Source: Anolis carolinensis
Taxonomy: Eukaryota
Direction of reading: 5' to 3'
Assembly: GCF_035594765.1 (NCBI RefSeq)
Contig: NW_026943818.1
Location: 30,625,559-30,689,558 of the forward strand
Length of the DNA stretch: 64,000 nt
The notes below the pieces were generated by a model. That model ran no database searches, was not told the DNA's origin, and worked only from the letters and a program-made list of their open reading frames with translations. This document shows positions 1 to 19,975 of the stretch, piece after piece. The position numbers and the translations under genes were made by a program. The first letter of the stretch is position 1. Each line of letters begins with the position of its first letter.

Positions 1-540
1 TTGGGTGGCCTTTTGCAGTTGGCAGATTGTGATTTTGTCAATGTCTATTGTTTCCAAATGCCGGTTGAGATCTTTTGGCATGGCACCCAGTGTGCCCATC
101 ACCACCGGGACCACCTGCACTGGTTTCTGCCAGAGTCTTTGAAGTTCAATCTTGAGGTCCTGAGAGCGGCTGAGTTTTTCCTGTTGTTTTTCTTCAATGC
201 GACTGTCACCTGGGATGGCGGCGTCAATGATCCAAACCTTGTTCTTTTCCACAACTGTGATGTCTGGTGTGTTGTGTTCCAGAACTTTGTCAGTCTGAAT
301 TCAGAAGTCCCACAGTATCTTTGCGTGTTCATTTTCCACAACCTTTGCAGGTTTGTGATCCCACCAGTTCTTAACTGCAGGGAGGTGATACTTGAGGCAT
401 AGGTTCCAATGAATCATTTGGGCCACAGAGTTGTGCCTCTGTTTGTAGTCTGTCTGTGCAATTTTCTTACAGCAGCTGAGGATATGATCCATGGTTTCGT
501 GGGTTTCCTTGCACAGTCTGCATTTTGGGTCTTCAGCTGA
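1..540 (-). mobile_element. 5'-truncated R4/Dong-clade non-LTR retrotransposon fragment (CCHC knuckle + restriction-like endonuclease), decayed
   Basis: Minus strand encodes CRLCKETHETMDHILSCC (zinc knuckle), then RHNSV...ILWDF*IQTDKVLEHNTPDITVV...IIDAAIPGD (PD..D endonuclease) and ...ETIDIDKITICQLQKAT. In-frame TGA at 301-303. The truncated end abuts a TAT repeat; the element runs off the window start. Confidence 0.8.
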
Positions 541-905
541 TTTTATTATTATTATCAGACTCACAGAGTCAAAGTAAATAATGTAATATACTATACTATA
601 CTATATATATATACACACACACATATATGTATACAGACATACACAGTCAATAATATAATATAATGTGCGTATATATATGTGTGTGTATTATTATTATTAT
701 TTATTCATTTCCATCCCTCTTTTCTGCCGTGGGTGGGATTCAAAGCGGTGTACAAGAGTTAAAACATATTATACTAATTACTGATATATATATATATATA
801 ATATATATTAGTTAATATTATAATATATTTTAAATAGTATGATATAATACAATATATATGATTATAATGTAAATAAGAAAAATAGTGGTATAATATATAT
901 TAGTA

Positions 906-1229
906 CAGTAGAGTCTCACTTATCCAAGACTCGCTTATCTTAGCTTCTGGATTATCCAAGCCATTTTTGTATAGTCAATGTTTTCAATATATCATGATAT
1001 TTTGGTACTAAATTCGTAAATACAGTAATTATTACGTAGCATTACTGCATATTGAACTACTTTTTCTATCAAATTTGTTGTCTAACATGATGTTTGGTGC
1101 TTAATTTGTAAAATCATAACCTAATTTGATGTTTAATAGGCTTTTCCTTAATCCCTCCTTATTATCCAAGATATTTGCTTATCCAAGCTTCTGCCGGCCC
1201 GTTTAGCTTGGATAAGTGAGACTCTACTG
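906..1229. mobile_element. Tc1/mariner-type non-autonomous MITE
   Basis: TIRs CAGTAGAGTCTCACTTATCCAA ... TTGGATAAGTGAGACTCTACTG flanked by TA; six related copies in the window. Confidence 0.85.
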
Positions 1230-1336
1230 TATTATTAGTAGTAGTATTACTATATTTTATGACACAGCGAACAAGGTAGATATGCTGGATTTCGTTTCAC
1301 AGAACCACAAGTCGAACACTTATTTTTTATTATTTA

Positions 1337-1876
1337 CTAGCTGTGCCCAGCCACGCGTTGCTGTGGCATTTTCTGGTGGTGTTGGTGAGAAATTGTTGAG
1401 TTAGTGGTGGTATTGAATGTCTGTTGTATGGGAGTCTTTATGTTTCGTATGCACACTGAAGTGGATTATATGGCAGTGTGGAGTCAAGATAATCCAGTTC
1501 AAAGCAGATAATATAAGATTCTCAATGGGTTATATAGCTGTGTGGAAGGGCCTTGAGTCTACACTGCCATATAATCCAGTTCAAATCTGATAATCTGTGA
1601 AAAAGGCCTAAGTGAGGCCTAACTGTGCCTGTCCCCTGGGCTGAGTAGGTTGCTAGGAGACCAAGTGGGCGGAGCTTAGCCTTCAAACTGGCAGCAATTG
1701 GATAAAAACTATTATTCTTCTCCCTGTAATTAGGACTTTATTTTTTCTTTTCTTTTTGTTGTATCAACCTAGAGCCGTGAATGATGGGTTGTATTGTCAA
1801 ATTTCGAGGTTGGGGGGCCTGTAGTTTTGTTGTTTTGTCCGCTGCCCTGATGCCATCACTCTTTTATAGATATAGA
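1337..1876 (-). mobile_element. Non-autonomous Helitron
   Basis: Minus strand starts TC(TATATCTATAAAAG) and ends with hairpin GCCACAGCAACGCGTGGC followed by CTAG; inserted between A and T with no TSD. Confidence 0.8.
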
Positions 1877-1994
1877 TTACAATATTTATATCCCGCCCTT
1901 CTCACCCTACAGGGGACTCAGGGCGGCTTACAAAAAACACATATATACAAGTTGTACAGTGCACTATAAATCAGTTTAAAAATTATTAAATTAG

Positions 1995-2130
1995 ACACTG
2001 TGTCTAGGACTGTGTGATGTATTTTCGGATGATGCGTGCAGATCCCAGTCGGGTGGCCTTTTGCAGTCGGCAGATCGTGATTTTGTCGATGTCTATGGTT
2101 TCCAAATGCCAGTGGCTGAGATCTTTTGGC
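1995..2130 (-). mobile_element. Short 3' fragment of the R4/Dong LINE next to a (TAT)n tract
   Basis: Near-identical to 21810-21940 and overlaps the sequence at 1-80. Confidence 0.7.
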
Positions 2131-2223
2131 TTATTATTATTATTATTATTATTATTAGAGTCCCAGAGTCAAAGTAAATAATGACAGGCTGTTGCATGTT
2201 TTCTTCTTCCTCCTGGGGGGCAG

Positions 2224-4981
2224 CTCCCGATGGTGCTGAAGGTCCCTCGCCTGAACTTCTCCCCGCTGGCCCTCTGCGACCGGCCCTTCTCCCTCCTGGG
2301 CTTCGGGGACATCCTGGTCCCAGGTGAGGAGGGGCCACGGGAGGGAGGGAGACGGGCGGGCGCAGGGGCCAATCGGGCAAGGCTCTGTCTGGCCGCCCCT
2401 CGGCCTCTCTGAGGTCCTCCATGAGGACTAGGCCCTTGCGCAGGAGGGGAGGGTGCTTGAGCCTAGCCCTTGGCTTCCCTCCTTCTTTCCAGGCCTGCTG
2501 GTGGCCTATTGCCACAGGTTCGACATCCAGGTCCAGTCCTCGCGCGTGTATTTCGTCGCCTGCACCATCGGTAGGGAATATATTGTGCTAGGCCGCTATA
2601 TCCTGCAATATTAGTAGTTTATTATCATTAGTAATATGGATCATTATTATATTGTATTATTAGTATTATATTGTATTACAATATTATATGTACATACAAA
2701 ATATTTTATTTTTTTATTAGTAGAGCACAATATTAGCATCGTATATTACTATATTGTACTATAGACCACCACTGCAATATTACTAGTGAAATTATATTAA
2801 TAACATTTTGATATTACATTATTATATTGTATTACTACATTATATTGCATTATTATTATACTGCAATAATACAGTTATTATATTGCATGAATACATTCTT
2901 GCATTGTATTATTATTAGTATTAGTGATATTATATTAATAACATTATTACATTACATTATATTGCATTATTATTATTATACTGCTGCAATGTTATTAGTG
3001 ATATTATATTGATAACATTATTACATTACATTATATTGCATTATTATTATTATACTGCTGCAATGTTATTAGTGATATTATATTAATAACATTATTACAT
3101 TACATTATATTGCATTATTATTATTATACTGCTGCAATGTTATTAGTGCTATTATATTAATAACATTATTACATTACATTATATTGCATTATTATTATTA
3201 TTATACTGCTGCAATGTTATTAGTGCTATTATATTAATAACATTACATTACATTATATTGCATTATTATTATACTGCTGCAATGTTATTAGTACTATTAT
3301 ATTAATAACATTATTACATTACATTATATTGCATTATTATTATTATACTGCTGCAATGTTATTAGTGATATTATATTAATAACATTATTACATTACATTA
3401 TATTGCATTATTATTATTATACTGCTGCAATGTTATTAGTGATATTATATTAATAACATTATTACATTACATTATATTGCATTATTATTATTATACTGCT
3501 GCAATGTTATTAGTGCTATTATATTAATAACATTATTGCATTACATTATATTGCATTATTATTATTATACTGCTGCAATGTTATTAGTAATGTGTATATT
3601 GTTGTGTTTATTTCTCAGCGTACGGGATCGGCCTGCTGGTGACGTTTGTGGCGCTGGCTGTGATGCAGAAGGGCCAGCCGGCGCTGCTCTACCTGGTGCC
3701 GTGCACCCTCCTCTCCAGCCTGGCCGTGGCCCTCGCCCGCAGGGAGCTCCCCATGTTCTGGACCGGCAGCGGGTTCGCGGTGAATACCTCCGGGGGCCCT
3801 GGCGCTCGCGGGTGGGAGGAGGAGGAGGAGGAGGAAGGCCCATGACTGGGAGGAGCAGGAGCAGGAAGAGCTCCAGTTGAGTAGCACAGACAGAGGGAGG
3901 GAGGGAGGGAAGGAAAACACACGTGCATCCACCTCCACTGAGGTCTCAACGCATTCAGACACCTACTTTCATTGAAGAACAAACACTTACGTGCATCCAC
4001 CTCCACCGAGGTCTTGACGCATAAACACACCTGCTTTCATTGAAGAACAAACACTTATATTCATCCACCTCCACCGAGGTCTCAACACAAACATACACCT
4101 GCCATCATTGAAAAGAAAACACACACATGTACCCACCTCCACCGAGGTCTCAATGCATTTTCATTGAAGAGCAAACACTTATATTCATCCACCTCCACTG
4201 AGGTCTTGGCGCATACGCACACCTGCTTTCATTGAAGAGCAAATACTTACATGCATCCACCTCCACTGAGGTCTTGGCACATATAGACACCTGCCTTCAT
4301 TGAAGAACAAACACTTACATGCATCCACCTCCACCGAGGTCTCAATGCATACACACACTTTCATTGAAGAGCAAACACTTACATGCATCCACCTCCACCG
4401 AGGTCTTGACACATACACATACCTGCCATCATTGAAAAGAAAACACACACATGTACCCACCTCCACTGAGGTCTCAATGCATTTTCATTGACGAGCAAAC
4501 ACTTATATTCATCCACCTCCACCGAGGTCTTGACACATACATGCACCTGCCTTCATTGAAGAGCAAACACTTACATGCATCTACTTCCACTGAGGTCTGG
4601 ATGCATATGCTTTCTCTCTCTGTGTCTCTGACTGACCCCAACGTTCTTTTCCTCCTGCAGAAGGACCTCCCCCCGCCCCCCTTGGTGGTCTCCCCCCCTC
4701 CGGAGACCCCCGCCCCCCCTCCTCCCCCTCCTCCTGCTGTGGCCCCGAAAGAGGAGGAAGAGGAAGAGCAAGGGCAGGAAGAGGAGGAAGCAGCTTCTCT
4801 GGCAGCTGGAGGCGATGCCGAAGATGAGGGGCCGCCACCGCCGGCAGGAGAGGCCCCGGAAGAAGAAGAGGAGGAGGAGGAGGAGGAGGGGGAGCCCGGC
4901 CCCCCACGGAGCCCCCAGAGAGGAGGGACCGGACCGGACCAGGGGGGCCCCGCGGAAGGGCACAACGGACCCCCCAACTAG
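2224..4981 (+). CDS. SPPL2B: Signal peptide peptidase-like 2B, last four coding exons (5' part lies upstream of the window)
   Basis: Exons 2224-2323 (LPMVLKVPRL...LLGFGDILVPG, GxGD catalytic motif), 2493-2570 (GLLVAYCHRFDIQVQSSRVYFVACTI), 3619-3779 (...KGQPALLYLVPCTL...FWTGSGFA, PAL motif) and 4661-4981 (Pro/Glu-rich tail, TAG). All GT-AG with consistent phases. Adjacent to TMPRSS9 as in human. Candidate AATAAA at 6407-6412. Confidence 0.93.
2780..3595. repeat. AT-rich tandem repeat (~60-bp unit) in an SPPL2B intron
   Basis: Repeated ATTATATTAATAACATTATTACATTACATTATATTGCATT(ATT)nATACTGCTGCAATGTTATTAGTG. Confidence 0.9.
3915..4600. repeat. Tandem repeat (~55-70-bp unit) in the last SPPL2B intron
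   Basis: About 11 copies of CATCCACCTCCAC(C/T)GAGGTCT...TTCATTGAAGA(A/G)CAAACACTTA. Confidence 0.88.
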
Positions 4982-5927
4982 CCCCTCCCTCCCTCTCGTG
5001 CCGGGGGGGGGCAGGGCTGGGTCGGGGTTCGGACCCCGGCCTCGGCCAGCGGCATCGCCCCCCCCCTCCTTCCATCCACCTATCCTCCCACCTGTCCTTC
5101 TTTCTCTCCTTCCTTCCTTCCATTTATCCTTCTTTCCTTCCATCATTCCATCCATTCTCCCATCTATCCTTCTATTCTTCCTTCTATTCTCTCTCTCTCT
5201 CTCCCTTCCTTCCTCGTTNNNNNNNNNNNNNNNNNNNNNNNNNNNNNNNNNNNNNNNNNNNNNNNNNNNNNNNNNNNNNNNNNNNNNNNNNNNNNNNNNN
5301 NNNNNNNNNNNNNNNNNNNNNNNNNNNNNNNNNNNNNNNNNNNNNNNNNNNNNNNNNNNNNNNNNNNNNNCCCATCTATCCTTCCTTCCTTTCATACATC
5401 CATCTTTCCTTCCGTCTATCCTTCCTTTCCTCCTTTCTATTCTTCCTTCCTTCCTTCCTTCCTTCCTTCCTTCCTTCCTTCCTTCCCATCCCATCCCATC
5501 CCATTCCTTCCCTTCCTGAATATGGTGCTTTCCACAACGAGGGTCCTGGTACAATTTCAGTGGCGGCGCCGGCGGCACAGGGGGCGCCAGCGCAGCCCCC
5601 TCCCTCCCTCCCTCCCTCCCTCCCTCCGCTCCCCACAAAGAGAGAGAAACACAAACACTGTTGTGCGCTTGGCTTTGGGAGAGACTCGGACTCGGACCCC
5701 GGGCCCTGCACAGAAGAGGAGGAGGAGGAGGAGGAGGAGGACCCCCACTTGTGGGTCTCGTTCCCCACTTGACCGGCGCCTCAACGGAGACAGATCATGA
5801 CGGTCTCCCCGGATCCGGTGTCAGGAGCAGGATGGGGGTCTCCATGGACTTGGGGGTCTTTTGAGTGGGTGGGGGGCTCCTCTCAAGGTGTCTCTGAACT
5901 TGTCTGTGTTCCTTCATTAGCTCCGAC

Positions 5928-5958
<31 letters not shown>

Positions 5959-6233
5959 GAGAGAGAGTCAGCGCAGGAACTGAGACCCCTCCCCAGATAA
6001 GTCTTAACTCTCTCTTTTGGGGTGGGATTCGCCCCTCTTCTGTTTTGTTTTGGGGGGTTTCTGTGGGGTCTCCTTTGCGTATCCTCCTCCCTTTGTCTCT
6101 CGTCGTCGCATCCGTCTGTCCGTCACCCCGTGTCCCCCCCCTCCGTGTCCCCCCCCCCCCCCCCCCCGTCCTTTGCTTTCGTTTTTTCTTTTCCGAGGAG
6201 CCTCCTTTTCTAGAAAGGTGTTTTGTTCTCGGC

Positions 6234-6267
<34 letters not shown>

Positions 6268-6744
6268 CGCTTGCTCGTCCTTAGACACTACGGGATTATG
6301 CCTTAATTTAAGCCATTTTATACATAACGATGATGACGGTGATGATGTATGCGGAACGGACGCCCGGCCTTTCGCGTCGGGCGAGAACGAGAATAATAAT
6401 AATAATAATAAAACTTTGACGGAAGACACGTTGGTTGTGACGGAAGGCGTGTTTGTGTTGCACGTGTGGGCGGAAGAGAGAAAAGTTCGCCCTTCCCGTC
6501 CCTTGAACCCCAAGGGCCACCCAACCCGACCCCTCCCGATAGAGGGCCACCCAACCTCACGAGCATTCATAAGTTCCTGAACAATCCCATACTCGTCCCG
6601 CGTGAGATTGTGAGCCACGCTTGAGTCCCCACTCGAAGTCACTCGAAGGCTAAGCAGGCAGGTAGCCATTGCAGGCCTTGATATTTTCTAATACCGTCTC
6701 CGAATTATCTCTCATTCATCCCTCTTCCGTACCGTTCCAGGTAC

Positions 6745-6935
6745 GAATGCTGCAATTAGCCACCTTGGCTCGCATCGGATGGCCTTGCAGCTTCAAGGCC
6801 TGCCTGCTTCCTGCCTGGGGGGAATCCTTTGTTGGGAGGTGTTAGCTGGCTGTTTCCTGGTTGTTTCCTTTCTGGAATTCCCAATTTCCCTGCTTTCCGA
6901 GTGTTGCTCTTTTATTTACTGTCCTGGTTTTAGAG
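6745..6935. mobile_element. Penelope-like element fragment
   Basis: GGCCTTGCAGCTTCAAGGCCTG...GGGGGAATCCTTTGTTGGGAGGTGTTAGCTGG...TTTATTTACTGTCCTG; same family as 17438-18350 and 20351-20720. Family assignment is from recall of Anolis repeats. Confidence 0.6.
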
Positions 6936-6939
6936 ACTA

Positions 6940-7232
6940 CAGTAGAGTCTCACTTATCCAAGACTCGCTTATCCAACGTTCTGGATTATCCAACGCATTT
7001 TTTGTAGTCAATGTTTTCAATACATGGTGATATTTTGGTGCTAAATTCGTAAATACAGTCATTACTACGTAGCATTAATGTGTAATGAACTACTTTTTCT
7101 GTCTTTTTCTGATGTTTTGGTGCTTAATTTGTAAAATCATAACCTAATTTGACGTTTAATAGGCTTCTCCTTAATCCCTCCTTATTATCCGTTCTGCCGG
7201 CTCGTTTAGCTTGGATAAGTGAGACTCTACTG
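6940..7232. mobile_element. Tc1/mariner-type MITE
   Basis: Same TIRs as 906-1229, TA flanks. Confidence 0.85.
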
Positions 7233-7588
7233 TAGTTATTTATGTATTTATTTATTTAATACATTTATATCCCGCCCTTCTTTCTCGCCCCGAAGGGGAC
7301 TCAGAGCGGCTTACAAATTAAGTTTACATACAATATTATATTATTAACATAGCACAATACTGGCAATAAATTACTATATTGTACTATATCAATAATACAA
7401 TATATTGATATAGTACAATATAGTAATTTATTGCCAGTCTTGTATTGCCATTATTATTATTATTATTTACATATAATATGTTATTAGTATAGCACAATAC
7501 TGGCAATAAATTACTATATTGTACTATATCAATATATTGTATTATTGATATAGTACAATATAGTAATTTATTGCCAGTATTGTATTGC

Positions 7589-7634
<46 letters not shown>

Positions 7635-7801
7635 TACATATAACATATTATTAGTATAGCACAATACTGGCAATAAATTACTATATTGTACTATATCAAT
7701 AATACAATATATTGATTGTATATATAGTATATATTGTATATATAGTAATATATATATATATATATTGTATATATAGTAATTTATTGCCAGTATTGTATTG
7801 C

Positions 7802-7844
<43 letters not shown>

Positions 7845-8574
7845 TACATATAATATATTATTAGTATAGCACAATACTGGCAATAAATTACTATATTGTA
7901 CTATATCAATAATACAATATATTGATATAGTACAATATAGTAATTTATTGCCAGTATTGTATTGCCATTATTATTATTATATATTCCATGACAGCCAGCG
8001 TTCGCAAGTTTTTGAACCATCCCAAGGTTTTAATTACAAGCAGGCAGGTAGTCGTTGCAGGCCTTAATATTTTCGAATGGTGGAGAATATACTGTTAATA
8101 ATACTGTTGTGATCGTTGTGATGATGATGGTGGTTTTTTGGTGGGTGCTGATCTGGGCTTGTTTTGTCCTCCGGACCTTGAGCTCAACAGCATTTGTTCC
8201 CTCCTCCTTTGCGCCTTCCTTCCTTCCTTCCTTCCTTTTGGGGCATCCAAGGCCTGTCCGCAGACTGACTGACTGACTGACTGACGGACAGGCGAGAGGG
8301 AGGGCGGGAGGAGGAGGAGGAGGAGGACAATGGGCCCTTGTGCTCATCCCGGGGCACAGAAGGCGGCTCTGTCCTGGGCCTCGGGAGGAGCCGCGGAGCT
8401 CTACCTGCCGGCCAGGTGAGCCCAGGAGGAGCTGGAGCGCGGCCAGGTGCGTCCTCCTCGTCCCAGTCCAAAAAAGGGTCCCCGGGTGGCCTCTGCTGCG
8501 GGGAGAGCGAGCCACGTCGGAGGAGGAGGAGGGATTGCAACCGCCAGGTAAACAGGTAAGTCCGACTTGGCAAG

Positions 8575-9365
8575 ACCTGCCCTCCCTCCCAGGTGTCAGA
8601 AATTGGGTTCTGGGGTCTCCTTGTTCTCCCAAGCTCTGTGGCAGAGTCTACAAGGGGTTTCCCAGGTGAAGGAGGGAGGACAGGGAGGGCGCCACGGGGC
8701 TGGCGAGAGCTTCATTGAGATGCAACCAGGTCAGCCTCCCTCCCAGGTGTCGGAACCGCCTCCAGGTTGGGTTCTGGGGTCTCCTCGTTCTCCCAAGTCT
8801 AGAAGGGGCTTCCCAGGTGAAGGAGGGAGGACAGGGCAGGCACCACGGGGCTGGCAAGAACCTCATTGAGATGCAACCAAGTCAGCCCTCCCAGGTGTCA
8901 GAACCGCCTCCAGATGGGTTCTGGGGTCTCCTTGTTCTCCCAAGCTCTGTGGCGGAGTCTACAAGGGGTTTCCCAGGTGAAGGAGGGAGGACAGGGAAGG
9001 CGCCACGGGGCCGGCGAGAGCTTCATTGAGATGCAACCGGGCCAGCCTCCCTCCCAGGTGTCAGAACCGCCCCCAGGCTGGGTTCTAGATCTCCTTTTTC
9101 TCCCAAACCCTGCGGCAGAGCCTGGAAGGGGCTTCCAAGGTGAAGGAGGGAGGACAGGGAGTGCGCCACGAGACAAACGAGAGCCTCATTGAGATGCAAC
9201 CAGGTCAGCCTCCCTCCCAGGTGTCAGAACCGCCTCCAGGTTGGGTTCTGGGGTCTCCTCGTTCTCAGAAGTCTAAAAGGGGCTTCCAAGGTGAAGGAGG
9301 GAGTACAGGGAGGGCGCCACGGGGCTGGCGAGAGCCTCATTGAGATGCAACCAGGACAGCCTCCC
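8575..9365. repeat. Tandem repeat (~150-163-bp unit, 5 copies) upstream of the first TMPRSS9 coding exon
   Basis: CATTGAGATGCAACC recurs at about 8713, 8864, 9024, 9187 and 9338 with conserved flanks. Confidence 0.9.
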
Positions 9366-9410
9366 TACCTCCGCGGACTCTGATCGGGTTCCCTTCCTCT
9401 GTCCAGGGCC

Positions 9411-16108
<6,698 letters not shown>

Positions 16109-16375
16109 GACCACCCGTCTGGAATAAAGAGAGACCCCTCCTCACCCGGAAGACTCCGCCTCGTCCTTCCCCAGGGTCACCGGACCCACCACCCGACCCC
16201 TCTCCACAGATGGCCACCCAACCTGGGCCCAGTCCTCCAACCTCTTCCAGCCAGGTGGGAAGGCGCAATGGGATCCAGATCCGCCAAAGGAGGGGCTTTT
16301 ATATAATAATAATAATAATAATATAAAATATAATAATAAATATAACAGTAATACAATAATATATCAATAAAAATA

Positions 16376-16630
16376 TTTTTTTTTCGTGTCAGGAGCAACC
16401 GGAGTCGCTTCTGGAGTGAGAGAATTGGCCGTCTGCAAGGACGTTGCCCAGGGGACGCCCGGATGTTTTTATGTTTTTTCATCCTTGTGGGAGGCTTCTC
16501 TCATGTCCCCACATGGAGCTGGAGCTGAGAGAGGGAGCTCATCCGCACTCTCCCCGGGTTGAATTCGAACCTGGCAGCCTTCAGGTCAGCAACCCAACCT
16601 TCAAGTCACGAGGCTTTTATCCCCTAGGCC
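16376..16630 (-). mobile_element. tRNA-derived SINE between the TMPRSS9 and TIMM13 3' ends
   Basis: Reverse-complement copy of 22002-22272; B-box GGTTCGAATTC and A-tail on the minus strand. Confidence 0.8.
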
Positions 16631-17042
16631 AATTGTTATACTAAAGTAATAGATATAATTAAAAACATTAAAAATATACTATACTGTAATGATAATACAT
16701 TACAATGTCAAAATATAATCATAAGCCAATTTAAATATTAATACAGTAATGATATAAAATAACAGTGATATAACTAAACATTAAAAACATAACCACAAAA
16801 TAATATAAATATAATAATAATAATAAAATTAGAATCATGAAATAATATCAATATTAAAAATAATATAAATATATGATACTGGTTGCTAGGAATTTTGGGT
16901 GTTGGAGGGTGAGTGGGTGGGTGGGATGAGGCTGGCCTGTGTGTTTCAATGAGAGACGGCAGTTCTGGTGGGCAAGCGTGGTCTTTATTTCTCACGGGCA
17001 GCCATAGCAGCAGCAGCATCCTCATCCTCATCCTCCTCCTCC

Positions 17043-18460
17043 TCACATGTGCGCTCGCTCCCGCTGGAGCCGTGCGTTGTAGGCGCGCGAGACGGCGTTC
17101 CAGGCGTCCATGTAGCGGTCCATGCACATCGCAATGCACTTCTGCACAAAATAGAAGGAGTGAGTGAGTGAGTGGAGAATCCACACTTGAGTAGCCCCTC
17201 ACGGGAGGGAGGGAGGGAGGGAAGAGCGGGCACTCACCTGCTCTGAGTTGTCGAGGGCGCTCCCGGGCTTCCCGATGCACTTCCGGAAACACTTGTCCGT
17301 CATCCTCTGCAGAAATCATCATCATCATCATCATCATAGTAGTCATACACAAAGGCATAATTATGCAATTATTTTATTGTATTATTATTAGTATTATTTA
17401 TGTATTTGTTATAATAAATTAATATTATATTGTATTGCTGCTTTCTGGCCAGCTTGGTTAGCACTGAATGGCCTTGCAGCTTCAAAGCCTGGCTGCTTCC
17501 TGCCTTAGAGGGGGGGATCTCTGTGTTGGGAGGTGTTAGCTGGCCCTGATTGTTTCCTGACTGGAATTCCTGCTTTCTGGCCAGCTTGATTAGCATCGAA
17601 TGGCCTTGCAGCTTCAAAGCCTGGCTGCTTCCTGCCTTAGAGGGGGGGATCTCTGTGTTGGGAGGTGTTAGCTGGCCCTGATTGTTTCCTGACTGGAATT
17701 CCTGCTTTCTGGCCAGCTTGATTAGCATCGAATGGCCTTGCAGCTTCAAAGCCTGGCTGCTTCCTGCCTTAGAGGGGGGGATCTCTGTGTTGGGAGGTGT
17801 TAGCTGGCCCTGATTGTTTCCTGACTGGAATTCCTGCTTTCTGGCCAGCTTGATTAGCACTGAATGGCCTTGCAGCTTCAAAGCCTGGCTGCTTCCTGCC
17901 TTAGAGGGGGGGATCTCTGTGTTGGGAGGTGTTAGCTGGCCCTGATTGTTTCCTGACTGGAATTCCTGCTTTCTGGCCAGCTTGATTAGCATCGAATGGC
18001 CTTGCAGCTCCAAAGCCTGGCTGCTTCCTGCCTTAGAAGGGGGGGATCTCTGTGTTGGGAGGTGTTAGCTGGCCCTGATTGTTTCCTGACTGGAATTCCT
18101 GCTTTCTGGCCAGCTTGATTAGCACTGAATGGCCTTGCAGCTTCAAAGCCTGGCTGCTTCCTGCCTTAGAGGGGGGGATCTCTGTGTTGGGAGGTGTTAG
18201 CTGGCCCTGATTGTTTCCTGACTGGAATTCCTGCTTTCTGGCCAGCTTGATTAGCATCGAATGGCCTTGCTGCTTCAAAGCTTGGCTGCTTCCTGCCTTA
18301 GAGGGCGGGATCTAGTGTTAGCTGGCCCTGATTGTTCCCTGACTGGAATCCCCCGGGCACCTCTGACCTGGAGCAGCTCCTGGGCGTTGGCGACGGCGAT
18401 CTGGACCTTGACCTGCTCCATCAGCGCCCCGGCGTCCATTCCGCTCCCGCCCGACGCCAT
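17043..18460 (-). CDS. TIMM13: Mitochondrial intermembrane-space chaperone Tim13, 86 aa
   Basis: Exons 18460-18368 ([31 protein letters not shown]), 17306-17238 ([23 protein letters not shown]) and 17141-17043 ([32 protein letters not shown]). Twin CX3C motif; AATAAA on the minus strand at 16984-16989. Confidence 0.96.
17438..18350. repeat. 132-bp tandem array (~7 copies) of a Penelope-like segment filling TIMM13 intron 1
   Basis: Near-identical 132-bp units (44-codon periodicity in the ORF track), homologous to 6745-6935. Confidence 0.88.
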
Positions 18461-18850
18461 CTCGGCCCGCAAGGCTCTCTACAGCGCATGCGCACAGCGA
18501 GAGCACGAAAGCCCTTCCTTTTCCGGCCACGCCTCCCTTTCTCAGCATAGAGAAATGGCAGCCGCGCAGGCGCAGAGAAAAGGGCGAGAAAGGGAGGGCT
18601 AGGCCCGCTTTTCCCTTCTCGAAATGACAGCCACGCATGCGCAGAGGAAAGGAGGGAGAAAAAGCGGGCGCCATCACCCGGTTGCCATGGCGCCCAGGTG
18701 GCTGAGGAGAAAGAGGAGTCTGGGCGCGAGCTAGGCCTCGGCTTGGAAGGCCTGAGGAGGCCGCGCGGGCATCTGCCGGGAGGGGTCGGGCCGTGTCCTC
18801 GCTTTGACGAAGAGGAGGAGGAGGAGATGGGCGTCCGAGAGACAGGTGAG
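18461..18850. promoter_or_regulatory. CpG-rich TIMM13 promoter, probably bidirectional
   Basis: NRF1-type GCGCATGCGC at 18484-18493 and CGCATGCGC near 18634; CpG-dense; plus-strand donor CAG|GTGAGC at 18845/18846. Confidence 0.6.
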
Positions 18851-19933
18851 CTTCCGTTGCCCTCCATTCATTCTCCTGCGCCCTTCCTTTCTATCCCTCC
18901 AGGCCTTGATAGTGCTAAATAATAATAATAATAATATGCTAATGTTATTGTATTGATAATAATAACATATGCTAATATTATATGGATAACATAATTTGCT
19001 ATTATGTTGATAACATAATATGCTAAGATTATAACATTATTAATACAATAATATGCTTATATTATATTATAATAATATGCTTACATTATTAAATTATAAT
19101 AATAGAATATTCTAGTTATATTGATAATAATATATTCTAGTTATTATATTGATAATATACCACTGTTATTATATTGATAATATAATATGCTAATATTATT
19201 AAATTGATTATATGCTAATATATTGATAACATAATATGCTAATATTATATTATTAATAATATAATAACATGTTTATATCATTAAATTATAACAATATAAT
19301 AATATGTTTATATTATTAAATTATAGTAATATAATATTATGCTAATATTATATTGATAATAATATATTCTAGTTATTATATTGATAATATAATATACTAA
19401 TGTTATTATATTGATAATATAATACACTAATGTTACTAAATTGATAATATAATATGCTATTATTATATTGATAATAATATGCTAATGTTATATTAATAAT
19501 ATAATATGTGTATATTCTTATATTATAATGCTAATATTATATTGATAATAATATACTATGATAATATAATTCTATTGATAATAATAATATAATATGCTGG
19601 TATTATATTGACAATAATAATATTATAATATGCTATTATATAATAATAATGTATGCTGTGTCATATTGTGTCTTTGTGCCAATAATAATAATAGGGTTGT
19701 TGTGCATTTATTATAATATGCTAATATTATATAATAATAATAATAATAATAATATGCTGTGTCATATTGTGTCTTTGTGCCAATAATAATAAGGTTGTTG
19801 TGCATTTATTATAATATGCTATTATTATTATAATATACTAATAATATAATATGCTGTGTCATATTGTGTCTTTGTGTCAATAATAATAATGATAATAATA
19901 GAGTTGTGCATTTATTATAATATGCTAATATTA

Positions 19934-19973
<40 letters not shown>

Positions 19974-19975
19974 TA

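Noticed and set aside
17369-18278. 44-aa repeat ORFs
   Set aside because: Translation of the 132-bp intronic array
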